A stretch of DNA of 64,000 nt from contig CAWANH010000029.1 in NCBI GenBank assembly GCA_963783375.1, positions 1,600,001 through 1,664,000 of the forward strand, read 5' to 3'. This document shows positions 41,978 through 52,069 of the stretch, piece after piece; the first letter of the stretch is position 1; each line of letters starts with the position of its first letter. The notes under the pieces were generated by a model. The model did not search any database. It was given only the letters and a program-made list of their open reading frames with translations, and was not told the origin of the DNA. Both the position numbers and the translations under genes were made by a program. Source of the stretch: Candidatus Eiseniibacteriota bacterium (lineage in GTDB: Bacteria; Eisenbacteria; RBG-16-71-46; JABDJR01).

Positions 41978-42283
41978 CTATCTCCACTTCTTGCCCATCT
42001 CGTCGAGGCCGGCCTGCTGAAGATCTTCCGGCGTCATCGTGGGAAGGAACTTCACCGTCGCGTTGAAGAGGAGAAAGAACGGTTCCGCGAACCGGGCCAT
42101 CTCGGAGGTCTTTTCCATGTTGATGATGAAGATACCGCCGCGGGTGCCGTCGTTCGAGGTGAAGTACGCGGCTTCGGGTTTGATCTCCTCCATGACCCGG
42201 GACATCTTCTGGCCTATCGTTCCGTCGAGGACGAACTTGTTGAACTGCTCGGGCGGAAAGCTGGCTTGCATGACGAAGCGCAT
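41978..42283 (-). CDS. Small conserved hypothetical protein (GYD/DUF3303-like)
   Basis: IKPEAAYF...RGG...AEPFFLLFNA...MTPEDL; GAGGAG RBS before ATG 42283. Confidence 0.75.
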   Translation of the reverse strand: MRFVMQASFPPEQFNKFVLDGTIGQKMSRVMEEIKPEAAYFTSNDGTRGGIFIINMEKTSEMARFAEPFFLLFNATVKFLPTMTPEDLQQAGLDEMGKKWR

Positions 42284-42638
42284 TGCATTGCTCCTCTGGC
42301 TGGGGGGTACGAACAGCCCGCTCCGGCGAACCCATCCCCGGAGTTGACGCACGATTGGATTCAGGGATTCCGTCGGGGGAGGAGTCGGTTATGGCTCTGG
42401 GTCCGCAGAGCAGGCTCCCTGGCGGGACCGCTCGGTCCGGCGAGGGCTCGAACCAAGGGCCGACAAATCGTACTCCTTTTCGGCCGGGCGGCAATCATCA
42501 AACTCCGTCCGGTGGCCGGTGGTGATTCGGATTCGTCGAAGTCCTCCAGAATCAACGGATTATGAGGAATCCCGAGGGCCATGCTCCCGGGATTCCTCGC
42601 CGATCCGTGAAGGCGGCTACGGTGCCGTTCGAGGACGG

Positions 42639-43160
42639 CTAGAGCGCCGGGAGTTCGTCCTCGTCCTCTTCCAGATCGATGTCCGAGCCGGGGGGTAGAT
42701 TGGCGATGGCCTCCCGCACCAGGCGCACGTGTTCCGTCTCCTCGTCCCGCAGTTCGGTGAAGAGGGCCTGGATCTCGGGATCGGTGATGTGAGCGAGGGC
42801 CCGATCGTAGAAATCGTACGCCTTCTGCTCCGACGAGAGCGCCACCTCGAACGCCTTGAGAGGAGACATGTTGGAGCGAGGGGCGCCCATCTCCGGCGCC
42901 TCCACGTCGAAAAGGGCGTCCCGGGAGACTCTCATCGGGACCTTGCCGAACATGGCCTTGCGCCGCTCCTCGAGATCCTTGCCGTGCTTGGCCTCGTTCT
43001 CGGCCATCGAGGCGAACACGTCGGCCGCGTCCCCCGTGAAACGGTGGCCGAGCTGGGCGGAGAACATCTTGTAGCGCTCGTAGGCCTCCACCTCGATGAG
43101 CACCGCCAGGTCGAGAGCGTCCATCAGGTCGAGGGTGGCGAAATCGATACGGGTGGACAT
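42639..43160 (-). CDS. Ferritin-like/rubrerythrin-family di-iron protein
   Basis: Paired E...ExxH motifs (IEVEA, ENEAKH, SEQKAYDFY, EETEH); GAGGAG RBS. Confidence 0.88.
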   Translation of the reverse strand: MSTRIDFATLDLMDALDLAVLIEVEAYERYKMFSAQLGHRFTGDAADVFASMAENEAKHGKDLEERRKAMFGKVPMRVSRDALFDVEAPEMGAPRSNMSPLKAFEVALSSEQKAYDFYDRALAHITDPEIQALFTELRDEETEHVRLVREAIANLPPGSDIDLEEDEDELPAL

Positions 43161-43474
43161 GCGGTACTCCTCGTTGGCGTTCGGTGGAATCAAATCTCCG
43201 GCGGCGGGGATCGGTGCTGTCAAGGCGCGATGGGTCCGTGTAGCCGACCGCAAACCGGAGTCAGGATAACCCGGCGCGTTCACCCCGGCAAGTTCGGACC
43301 TGTCGCTCCGAACGATCCCAACCGAGTCGCGACCGCTGGTCGATCAACGAGAAACATGACCATGTGAGTCATTGGACCCCGGTGTTTGCCTGGGCTAGAC
43401 TTGTGCGCAAATCAAGCTAGGCGTTGATCCGGGTGCAGCGAAACCCTGGGGATTCGCGGAAAGGGAGGTCGCAC

Positions 43475-44542
43475 ATGCGCGCACTCGTCACCGCGGCACT
43501 CGGTTGCTTGTTGCTGATCTGCTCGCTGGCCGGCCCCACCCCTGCTTGCACGGATTTCTGTCTCGACACCCCGGACGGCCCGGTCTTCGGCTGCAATCTC
43601 GATCTCTTCATCCCCGGAGACGGCTTGGTGTTCATCAACCAGCGCGGAGTCGCGAAGGAAGGATTCCAGAAGAGCACGACCGGGGAGACGGCCCGCTGGG
43701 TCTCGAACTTCGGCAGCGTGACCTTCAATCCAGCCGGGCGCGAATTCGTATTCGGCGGCATGAACGAGGCGGGCCTGGTCATCGGGTCGATGGAGCTCCT
43801 GAACTCGGAGTTCCCGAAACCCGACGAGCGAGTCCCCTTGACCCTCGGCACCTGGGCCCAGTACGTGCTGGATACCTGCGGGAACGTCCAGGAGGCGATC
43901 CGACTCGATTCGAAGGTTCGTATCGAGGACTCCGCTCCCCCCTCGCATTTCCTGATCGCGGACGCGGACGGCAACTGCGCCGCCCTCGAATGGTTGGACG
44001 GAAAGTTCGTGTGCCGCACCGGCGACGACCTGCCCGTCAAGGCCATGACGAACATGCGCTACGAACGGGCACTGGCGTCCTACGAGCGGGGTGGCCCCCG
44101 CTGGTGGTGGTCCAACCCGGGGCGGTCGGCCGAGCGGTTCGCCGCGGCCCACGATCGATGTGTCGGCTACGATGCGAACGGGGACATCGACCCGGTGACC
44201 CATGCCTTCGAGACGCTTACGCGAGTGGTCGCCGCGCCTCACACCAAGTGGAACATCGTGTACGACATCCCGAAGCGGGAAGTCTGGTTCCGGTCCGTGT
44301 CCAGTCCGGCGATAAAGCACCTGTCGCTCGAAACCTTCGATCTCTCCTGCGATGCTCCCCTCTTGATGCTGGACGTGAACGCGGCGCTCGAGGGGGACAT
44401 TTCCAAGTCGTTCGTGCCCTACGACCGCGAGGTCAACATCAACGTGTTCCAGACCTTCTGCGATCGTTACGAGCTTGGGGTCTCGAGCGAGACCGCCGTC
44501 GCGCTGATGGATGTCTTCGACGGTTTCGAATGCGCGCGTTGA
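43475..44542 (+). CDS. Secreted linear amide C-N hydrolase (choloylglycine hydrolase/penicillin V acylase family)
   Basis: Signal peptide then A|CTDF nucleophilic Cys; GMNEAGL, QYVLD, HFLIAD, MTN, SAERF. Confidence 0.9.
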   Translation: MRALVTAALGCLLLICSLAGPTPACTDFCLDTPDGPVFGCNLDLFIPGDGLVFINQRGVAKEGFQKSTTGETARWVSNFGSVTFNPAGREFVFGGMNEAGLVIGSMELLNSEFPKPDERVPLTLGTWAQYVLDTCGNVQEAIRLDSKVRIEDSAPPSHFLIADADGNCAALEWLDGKFVCRTGDDLPVKAMTNMRYERALASYERGGPRWWWSNPGRSAERFAAAHDRCVGYDANGDIDPVTHAFETLTRVVAAPHTKWNIVYDIPKREVWFRSVSSPAIKHLSLETFDLSCDAPLLMLDVNAALEGDISKSFVPYDREVNINVFQTFCDRYELGVSSETAVALMDVFDGFECAR

Positions 44543-44977
44543 ATGCGCGTCCGTGGGAGAGTCGTCGGCGAGGGCGACGTTCTCCCGGCTCCTCATGAAC
44601 AGCCGGGCGCCGCCGCGCGGGGTGCCCGGCCCTTCGACGGACCCGCCCCGCGGGGGCGCGTCGGACTGGAGGCTCGGTCCACCCGTACCCCCGCCACGGA
44701 CCCGGCTACGGATATCGCGCCGGGAAACCGGTTCGCCGGCCTCGAGGCCCGGGGCCCTTTTGTCCGGGACCGGCCGAAGATTCAATGAGTCAACCGATTA
44801 CACGGAAATGAATTATGGAGCCCGGGTTTGGAGCGAGCAATCATGAGTGAATGTGTTATCTTTCGCTCTTCACCTCGTTTCCTCCGGATCGCCGCTGGGC
44901 AGCAAACAGGCTGGACATCCTGGCCGGCACTCCATTCCGCGCCGACCGCCGGAACTGGTCTCAAAGGGAGTCGAGAC

Positions 44978-45370
44978 TTGTCGAAGACACCACAGCCCAT
45001 ACGAACCGTTCAACCGCACGAACGCAAGACGATGCCGGGCCCCCCCGGCGCGCCCTTCGTTCGACAGGAGATGTTTGGCGACGGTCATGTCTGGGTGGGC
45101 ATGGTCACCACCGAACCGGGCACCACCTCACCGTGGCACCATCACGGCGAGCACGAGACCTACGTCTACATCCTGGAGGGCGAGGCCACCGTCGAATTCG
45201 GCTCCGGCGGGGCGGCCCGAATGCACGCGACCGCCGACGGATCGCTGCACATCATCCCCGCCGGCCTGGCCCACCGGGAGTTGAACACCGGCTCGGCGCC
45301 CAATCGGATGCTCGTCGTGCGGGTCGGTGACGGCCCATCGGTCATTCCACTGGACGGTCCACCGGAGTAG
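44978..45370 (+). CDS. Cupin domain protein
   Basis: SPWHHHGEHETYVYILEG and IPAGLAHRE cupin motifs; TTG after AGGGAG. Confidence 0.85.
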   Translation: MSKTPQPIRTVQPHERKTMPGPPGAPFVRQEMFGDGHVWVGMVTTEPGTTSPWHHHGEHETYVYILEGEATVEFGSGGAARMHATADGSLHIIPAGLAHRELNTGSAPNRMLVVRVGDGPSVIPLDGPPE

Positions 45371-45843
45371 GCGAGGCGCCACCCTCCCCCCTGGTGCGCC
45401 CTCGGCCGTAGAGGCCCAGGACCGAGAGTTTCCGGGGGGGGCACCGGGGCCGCCATCGCCCACCGGATCGAAACCGCCGGCCGACATCGACTTCATCGGG
45501 GTGCGCACGCCCGGCGCGACGGAGGCGGTGAAGCTGCTTCTCATCGACCGGTCGTCGAGAAATCGGCCCGGAGCGGCTTGGTGACCGGGGATCCCCGGAG
45601 TTCGGAGGAACTGTCCGGGGTCCGGTCGCAAATGTGGCCTATCCCACCCCCGGCCCAGGCGGGGCCACACGGCAAATTGACGTGGATGTCTGCGGGCAAA
45701 CCATGATAAAATTGAAGTTTATACGAATCGCAGGGTCCAGCCGGACCCCCCCTACCCGATGCTGCGACCGGGAGTCTCCAGAGTCTCTCCTCTTCGAAGG
45801 ACCCGGGCAGCCGACATGCAACGAGACCGGAGGTGACATCACG

Positions 45844-46728
45844 ATGAAAAGGATACTGATTTTATCGGCTTTGCCCGTCCTGGTTGCCGGTTCCGCCCTG
45901 GCCCAGCCGGTCATCGACGGGACGATCGCCGGCGACAGCTACGGCCCGGCGGCATCGGTGCAGGCGGTTCAGACGGGATTCGGCGACAACCAAAGCGAGC
46001 TCGACGCCGCCTATTGCACGTCGGTGGGCGGCCGTTTCTACCTGGCCCTCACCGGCAACCTCGAGGACAACTTCAACAAGATCGAGATCTTCATCGATTC
46101 CAAGGCGGGCGGCGAGAACGTCCTCAGCGGACAGCCCGGCAATGACGGCGCCGGCGCCATGGCGGGATTGACCTTCGATACCGGGTTCGACCCCGACTAC
46201 CACATCATCGTCCGTCACGGCCTCTCCACCGGTAGCGTGTTCGACCTCGACTTCGCGGAACTCGGCACCACCAACTTCACCTACTACGGAGACGTCTTCG
46301 GGGGTACTCAGGAAGGATCGGGAGTCACCGGAACCGGGCTCAACGCCCAGCCCATCGAGGTCGGTTTCGACAACAGCAATGCCGCCGGAGTGGCGGGCGG
46401 CACCGCAGCCGCCAATCAGGCGGCCGCGCTTGCCGTCCAAACGGGTCTGGAACTCAGCATCGATCTTTCCGATCTCGGGTTCGTGAGCGGCGACATCAAG
46501 GTCTGCGCGTTCGTAAACAACGCCGACCACAATTACGCATCCAACCAGTTCCTCGGCCCGTTACAGCCGCCCCAGGGCAATCTCGGCGGGGACGGGGCCG
46601 GCACCTTTACCGGCGTCGTGAATTTCGATCTGGGAGATTTCGCCGGCGACCAGTTCTTCTCCTGTGCCGCTCAGCCGGTCCCGGTCGAGAACGCGTCCTG
46701 GTCGAGGATCAAGGCCATGTATCGCTGA
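45844..46728 (+). CDS. Secreted acidic Gly-rich protein with C-terminal 'PVENASWSRIKAMYR' tail
   Basis: GGAGGTG RBS; signal peptide MKRILIL...ALA; basic Trp-containing tail after an acidic domain. Confidence 0.85.
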   Translation: MKRILILSALPVLVAGSALAQPVIDGTIAGDSYGPAASVQAVQTGFGDNQSELDAAYCTSVGGRFYLALTGNLEDNFNKIEIFIDSKAGGENVLSGQPGNDGAGAMAGLTFDTGFDPDYHIIVRHGLSTGSVFDLDFAELGTTNFTYYGDVFGGTQEGSGVTGTGLNAQPIEVGFDNSNAAGVAGGTAAANQAAALAVQTGLELSIDLSDLGFVSGDIKVCAFVNNADHNYASNQFLGPLQPPQGNLGGDGAGTFTGVVNFDLGDFAGDQFFSCAAQPVPVENASWSRIKAMYR

Positions 46729-46745
46729 TCGGGCGTTCACAGGTT

Positions 46746-46771
46746 CGGGGGGCGGCGGTGACCGCCCCCCG
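46746..46771. terminator. Hairpin between convergent genes (possible bidirectional terminator)
   Basis: CGGGGGGCGG-6 nt-CCGCCCCCCG, 10-bp perfect stem. Confidence 0.55.
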
Positions 46772-46782
46772 TCCTCAAGCCT

Positions 46783-48015
46783 CTAGAAAACGAAGTCCAG
46801 CCGAGCGGTGAAGGAGGAACTGGCGGCGTCCCCGAAGATCTCCACCGTGGACAGCCCGGTGGTCTTCACGTAGGCGTCGTCGACCAGGCGGTACGAGTAC
46901 TCGGCGTGGACGGCCACGTTGTCCTCCAGATAGTAGCGGGCGCCCGCCGTATAGCGGTTCACGTCGAACCCGCTGACCTTGGACTGGTTGACCAGGTCGA
47001 ACCGGGCGAACCCCACCAGCTTCACCGTGGGGAGCACGCTCAACTCGGCGAAACCGCCCGAATAGTCCACCCGCTTGCCCGCCCCCCAGAGCGCCTTGTT
47101 GTCCATCGCCCACAGGTATTGCAGCGCGAGGTTGAACATGGATGCGTTCAGGCTGGCGTCGACGCCGAGCCGCGAGAAGCTCTCGCGGTCGCCGCCGCCC
47201 AGCGGCCGCGCCTGCCCGAGGTAGCCGGTCACTCCCAGGCGCTGTCCCACCGTCTGTCCTTCGCCGACGCCGAAAACGTAGGCGGCCCGGCCGTAGAAGT
47301 CGGCGGGGGTATCCTCGGGAAGGTTGGTGGCCGCCCCGTCGACCCAGCCCGCGGCGTACTGGAACCTCTCGGGGCCGTACCCGCTCAATTCGATGCCGGA
47401 CTGCGTCTCCGAGAGAGCCGGTCCTCCGGGGAAGCCGACATCGTAGACCTCGTACGGCGCCACGCTGAGTTGGCGTTTCACGCTGAACGCCACGTAGGCG
47501 GGCTCGAAGCGGCCCACCCGCGCGTTGAGCCAGGTGCCGGCGAGATCGCTCAGCACCAGGCTGGCCATCTCCAGCGTCCCCTCCTGGCCGGCCACCCCGC
47601 GGGCAGCGGTGATCGGCGGCACGTAGACCATGAAGAAGCCGATGCGCGGTCCCAGCAGTCCGGCGGAGAGCACATCCAGTCCGTTCAACCGGAAGTCGCT
47701 CTCATCGCCCGCGCCGTAGTAGGCCTCGGCCACATAGTCGCGGTGCTCCATCGAGTAGCCCGCGGTGGTGCGGAACGCCACCGGGGCCGGCGTCTCCAAC
47801 ACGGTCTTCTCCTCGTTCACCAGACCGGGGAGGCGGTAGCCGTTCATCCGGAACCGCTGTCCGAAGTCGTTCAGGCGCGGCACGTCCGAGTGGCACATCG
47901 TGCAGTTGAAGCCGTACTTGCGGGCGAAGACCGGCACGGCCGAGACCGACTGGGCCCACAGAGTCGCCGCGACCACCGCCAGGAACGAAAACACGATCGC
48001 ATAGCGGGTCTTCAT
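46783..48015 (-). CDS. Cyc2-like fused monoheme cytochrome-outer membrane porin
   Basis: Signal peptide; PVFARKY-GFN-CTMCH...PRLNDFGQRFRMNGY; amphipathic beta-strands; C-terminal Phe (RLDFVF). Confidence 0.8.
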   Translation of the reverse strand: MKTRYAIVFSFLAVVAATLWAQSVSAVPVFARKYGFNCTMCHSDVPRLNDFGQRFRMNGYRLPGLVNEEKTVLETPAPVAFRTTAGYSMEHRDYVAEAYYGAGDESDFRLNGLDVLSAGLLGPRIGFFMVYVPPITAARGVAGQEGTLEMASLVLSDLAGTWLNARVGRFEPAYVAFSVKRQLSVAPYEVYDVGFPGGPALSETQSGIELSGYGPERFQYAAGWVDGAATNLPEDTPADFYGRAAYVFGVGEGQTVGQRLGVTGYLGQARPLGGGDRESFSRLGVDASLNASMFNLALQYLWAMDNKALWGAGKRVDYSGGFAELSVLPTVKLVGFARFDLVNQSKVSGFDVNRYTAGARYYLEDNVAVHAEYSYRLVDDAYVKTTGLSTVEIFGDAASSSFTARLDFVF

Positions 48016-49058
48016 CGCAGACCTCCCTTCGGATCGGCGTTGGGCTGGCCTTCGGGGAAGGTCGGGATATCCACCTCGGGCAGGGTGCCGGTCAGCGCCT
48101 CCATGAACGCCACCAGGTCCGCCTTCTCGCTCGCGGTGAGGTTCAGGGGCAGCATGAGCGGATCCAGATGCGGGTTGGGCGTGCCGCCCATGTTGTAAAC
48201 GTCGATCACGTCCATGAGCGTCTCGGCTGAGCCGTCGTGGAGGTAGGGGGGGGTCAGCGCGACGTTTCGCAGCATCGGGGTCTTGAAACGACCGATATCC
48301 GCCGGATCGTTGGTCACGGCGAACCGCCCAGAATCGGGCTGCTCCGCCTCCATACCCACCCCGAGGTTGTGGAAGAACTGGTCGGAGAACATCGGCCCGC
48401 TGTGGCAGGGCGTGCAATGGCCCTTGCCGTTGAAGAGGTGAAGCCCCCGTACCGCCGCCGGGCTCATCGCCGTCTTGTCGCCCATCACGTACAGGTCGTA
48501 AGGCGACGGCCCGGAAACGACGGTGCGCTCGAACGAGGCAATGGCCTTGGCGATGTCGTCGATGTCCGGGTCACGGCCGAACACGGTCTGGAACTGCTCC
48601 CGGTAGCCCGGGATCCCGTTCAGCTTCCGCACCACGTTCTCGTGGGTCTCCCCCATTTCGATCGGGTTGTGGATGGGACCGACCGCCTGGCCCTCGAGAG
48701 ACGGCTCGCGCCCGTCCCAGAACTGGAACCGCATCTGGCCGGCGTTGATCACCGTCCCCGAGTTGCGGGCGCCGACCTGTCCGTCAATGCCGGTATCGGT
48801 CGGGTGCGGGTTGGCCCATCCGGTGCGCGGATCGTGGCAGCTCGCGCAGCTGATGGTGTTGTCCGCCGAGAGGCGGGTATCGAAGTACAGCTGTGTGCCG
48901 AGTCGAACCTTGGCGTCGGTCTGCGGATTGTCCGCGGGGATCGGCATCGCGGGCATGAGCCCGTTCTCGAACATTCGTCCTTGTGCCCAGGCGGGACATG
49001 GCCCGGCGAGGGCGGCCAACACGAGCCCGGCGACGACGACTACTATGCTCCGTCTCAC
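48012..49058 (-). CDS. Diheme cytochrome c peroxidase/MauG family protein
   Basis: Signal peptide; LYFDTRLS, CASCH, QFWDGR, PIHNPIEM, CTPCH, FKTPMLRNV, PYLHDGS; GTG 49058 with AGGAGG; stop overlaps the next start. Confidence 0.93.
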   Translation of the reverse strand: MRRSIVVVVAGLVLAALAGPCPAWAQGRMFENGLMPAMPIPADNPQTDAKVRLGTQLYFDTRLSADNTISCASCHDPRTGWANPHPTDTGIDGQVGARNSGTVINAGQMRFQFWDGREPSLEGQAVGPIHNPIEMGETHENVVRKLNGIPGYREQFQTVFGRDPDIDDIAKAIASFERTVVSGPSPYDLYVMGDKTAMSPAAVRGLHLFNGKGHCTPCHSGPMFSDQFFHNLGVGMEAEQPDSGRFAVTNDPADIGRFKTPMLRNVALTPPYLHDGSAETLMDVIDVYNMGGTPNPHLDPLMLPLNLTASEKADLVAFMEALTGTLPEVDIPTFPEGQPNADPKGGLR

Positions 49059-49426
49059 GTCTGCCTCCTGGTTCCATGAGAACCGGTCGGCATGAGGGTC
49101 CGCATACGGTACCCCACGGCGGGCCAAACTACCAGCCCATGACGCAACCTGGCCGGTGCGCGCCACGCCCAGCCGGACAGAAGGGGGCCGAAGACGCAAC
49201 TGTCCGATGGGTTCCTGTGCGCATGCATTGAGGTCGCTCAGGCGGGGCAATTCTCGACCTGGCGTCCCCGGCCCCGCCCGCAGAGCACTTCGGGTCGGCG
49301 CGCCGGGACGGTCTGCATTCTTTGCCGCAGGCCGGATACGAAGGAACCCCAAGGGCCCTGAGACCTTCGACTCCGGGCCAAGCCACCGGCTATAGCCCCT
49401 CGGGGACCGTCGCAATGACACTCGAG

Positions 49427-49462
49427 TCAGATTTGACGCGATTGTCAGATCTGATGTAGTTT
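49427..49462 (+). promoter_or_regulatory. Dyad operator overlapping a candidate sigma70 promoter
   Basis: TCAGATTTGAC-N6-GTCAGATCTGA (11-bp arms, 1 mismatch); TTGACG-18-TAGTTT. Confidence 0.55.
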
Positions 49463-49508
49463 TGTATTGATTCTCATCCCCTCCGGACTTCCCACGGAAA
49501 GGTACTTC

Positions 49509-50480
49509 ATGCTCACTCGTCCTTTTCTGGTAAAGAGCAAGCCCTTCGCTCTGCAGCAGTGCATTCTCGGCGCGGTGGCAATCTCAGGCTTCTTGGCGAT
49601 CGCCGGACCTGCTCACGGTCAGCCCACGCCCGTCGCCGACCTGCGAAAGACCTGGACCTCGGCCGACCCGCCCCCCGGTAACGACACCGAAGACGCGCCG
49701 TTCTTCACTCCTTTCAACAGCAGCGTGTCCTGGGGTGGTTCCGTCCCGTGCGACACGCCGCCGAATGACCCGACGTTCACGAGCGGGGAGGCCACCCAGA
49801 ACTCCACCGCATCTCCGTTGTCCTACATGGGCACCGGCACGGCGACGGCCAGTGGGGACGGCGGCTCCTGCGGATGCAGCATCACCTCGTATTCCGTCTA
49901 TAAGGTCCGCTTCACAACGGACGAAAGCTACGACGTCACCGTGAGCGGGACCTTCCAGGATGCCAGCTTCCAACTGAGCGCCGAAGCGGGCTCGACCTTC
50001 GTGGGGGGAGTGGGGATCTTCACCGGCACACTGGACGAAATGGTCACCATCCCACCGGGAAGCTATGTCCTAAGCTCCAGCGCGCTTGTCCTGGCCACGT
50101 TCACCACAGGGAACTCCGGAACATTGGAGTCCTCGTTCGATTTCTCGGTTCAGCTCTCCGCGACCGGCTCCGTTTCCGTCGGCGAGACGCCGACCCCACG
50201 TCCGAGCTTCTTCCTGACCGCCCCACAACCGAATCCGTCACGCTCCATCTCGAACCTCGAACTCGTCACGGACAGCCGAGCACAACTCACCCTGACGGTC
50301 TACGACGTGTCCGGCCGCGCCATTCGAAGCCTCATGGACGGGCCTCTTTCCCCTGGAGAACACGGCATTTCCTGGGACGGACGGGACCGACGAGGTTCCC
50401 GTGTTCCCTCCGGCGTGTACTTCCTGCGGGCATTCAGCGAGGAGCGAAGCGCCGTTCGCCGCATCATCCGGATCGATTGA
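49509..50480 (+). CDS. Secreted Ser/Thr-rich protein with FlgD-Ig/T9SS-like C-terminus
   Basis: Signal-like N-terminus; tail PNPSR...VYDVSGR...WDGRDRRGSRVPSGVYFLR. Confidence 0.8.
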   Translation: MLTRPFLVKSKPFALQQCILGAVAISGFLAIAGPAHGQPTPVADLRKTWTSADPPPGNDTEDAPFFTPFNSSVSWGGSVPCDTPPNDPTFTSGEATQNSTASPLSYMGTGTATASGDGGSCGCSITSYSVYKVRFTTDESYDVTVSGTFQDASFQLSAEAGSTFVGGVGIFTGTLDEMVTIPPGSYVLSSSALVLATFTTGNSGTLESSFDFSVQLSATGSVSVGETPTPRPSFFLTAPQPNPSRSISNLELVTDSRAQLTLTVYDVSGRAIRSLMDGPLSPGEHGISWDGRDRRGSRVPSGVYFLRAFSEERSAVRRIIRID

Positions 50481-50495
50481 TAGCACCGGTAAGGG

Positions 50496-50830
50496 GTGCC
50501 GCAGGGGTTCGCCGCCGCCTACACCCAGGAATCGGTCAATCTCACCTGGAATGCGGCTCCCGAGCCCGACTTCCAGTACCTCCGCGTGTACCGGGGCACC
50601 GATCCGGGCCTCGTGCCCGGACCGGGGAACCTCGCGCACGAGCCCGCATCGACCTGGGGGCAGGACACGCCGGCCGACCCGGCCTCGGTGCTCTACAAGA
50701 TCACCGTGCTGGACCACGCCGGGAACGAGAGCGCGCCGGCGGGCTCGGGGGCGGTGACGGCGGGGTATATCTCTACCGCCTCCGCACCGGAGCGTTCGAG
50801 TCCACCCGGCGGGTGGTGATGCTCCGATGA
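50496..50830 (+). pseudogene. Remnant of FN3-like + FlgD-tail secreted protein
   Basis: LTWNAAPEPDFQYLRVYRG...YKITVLDHAGNES in one frame, GVYLYRLRTGAFESTRRVVMLR in another; no signal peptide. Confidence 0.65.
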
Positions 50831-51333
50831 GCTGAGCCAGGAGCTTTCTGCGGCAAGGGCGATCACCGGAGGGTGGCCGCCCTTTCGCCTTGGTTGGCGG
50901 AACACCTGGCCGGGCATGAGAGCCCCCCCAGGGACTCTCGCTCAGGGGGGTCTCCGTCAGCCGATACGACGCCGGAAGTTCGCGTCCTTGGACTGGCTCC
51001 ACTGATCTGTGCCCTGTACGATTCGCCGATCGATTCGACACACGTCACCAGCCCGTGGGGCGTCCCCGCCATCCCGGTCGCAAGACCATCCCCTTCTGCG
51101 ACTATTGCCCCCGTCCCGCGGATCCTGCCTTGGTGGCTTGAAGTGCGAGGACCGGATGCACGTCTGCGGCGAGTGCGCGAAGTTCGTGATCGAACCCGAG
51201 GATCTGCCTGAACTGCACCGGGTAGTGGTCGCGCGGCTTGGAGAGGTCGCATTCGTTCTCGACGGCCCTGTGGTCCTTCGCATCGTGGATCGCACCGATT
51301 CTGATTTCCCGGAGGAAGCGAGAAGCACGAAGT

Positions 51334-51890
51334 GAGCGAAGCCGTCTTTCAATTGCTGTTGGATGGGATCGTGCTTGAAAGACGGAGGATAATGGATTAA
51401 CAAAAATGTATGACACGAGCCGAGCGCGCCGCACAGATGACTCAGGACAACGTGTCGCGCTGCTCGAGTCCCAGGATGAACTTGCCGCCTCGCACGAAGC
51501 GTATCACACGAAGACGGACGCGGCCCACCGGAAGCTGCACGTGGAGAACGAAGACCTTCGCAGCCAGCTGGAGTGGCTGAAGCCGCAGGTGTTCGGGTCG
51601 AAGTCGGAACGGCGAGTGCCCCTTCCCGAGGAGCAACTTACCCTCGGCCAGATGAACGCCGAAACCCCAGCCTCCATTCCGACGCTCCCCGTGCGCTCCC
51701 ACCAGCGCCAGCGGGCCCAGACCCCGGTGGCAACCGGAGAGAGCGGGGTCCGGTTCGATCCCTCGGTCCCGGTGAAGGTGATCGAGGTTCCCAACCCCGA
51801 GTTGGACGGCCTACCTCCGGAGTCCTATACGACGATCCGGGAAGTGGTGACCGAGCGGTTGGTGCAGAAGCCGTCGAGCTTCGAGGTGAA
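51334..51890 (+). mobile_element. IS66-family remnant (3' end of tnpB accessory gene + 5' part of tnpC)
   Basis: ...EAVFQLLLDGIVLERRR* followed by ORF 51406 with coiled coil ENEDLRSQLEWLKPQVFGSKSERR...EQL; DDE domain absent. Confidence 0.7.
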
Positions 51891-52069
51891 CCACCCGGCT
51901 TTTCCGGAGCCCCGGCTACCTGACTCCGACGGGGCATGTTCTGACCCCTCAACTCAGCAGTCCATTCCTTCGCCTTCCATCATGACCTGTCCCCATTGGT
52001 TGTACCACCTCCCATGCTGGAGCGACCAGCCTGGAGATCGGCGCGACGGCCTCGGGGGCCACACCGGGC

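Noticed and set aside
42639-42700. Encapsulin targeting peptide on the ferritin-like protein
   Set aside because: The tail (EEDEDELPAL) does not match the LxIGSL-type motif and no encapsulin gene is nearby.
45690-45760. c-di-GMP-I riboswitch (GGGCAAACC)
   Set aside because: No following GAAA tetraloop stem or GACGCAAAG element.
51009-51335. Small ORF with CxxC upstream of the IS66 remnant
   Set aside because: No convincing start, RBS or family motif; cannot be supported.
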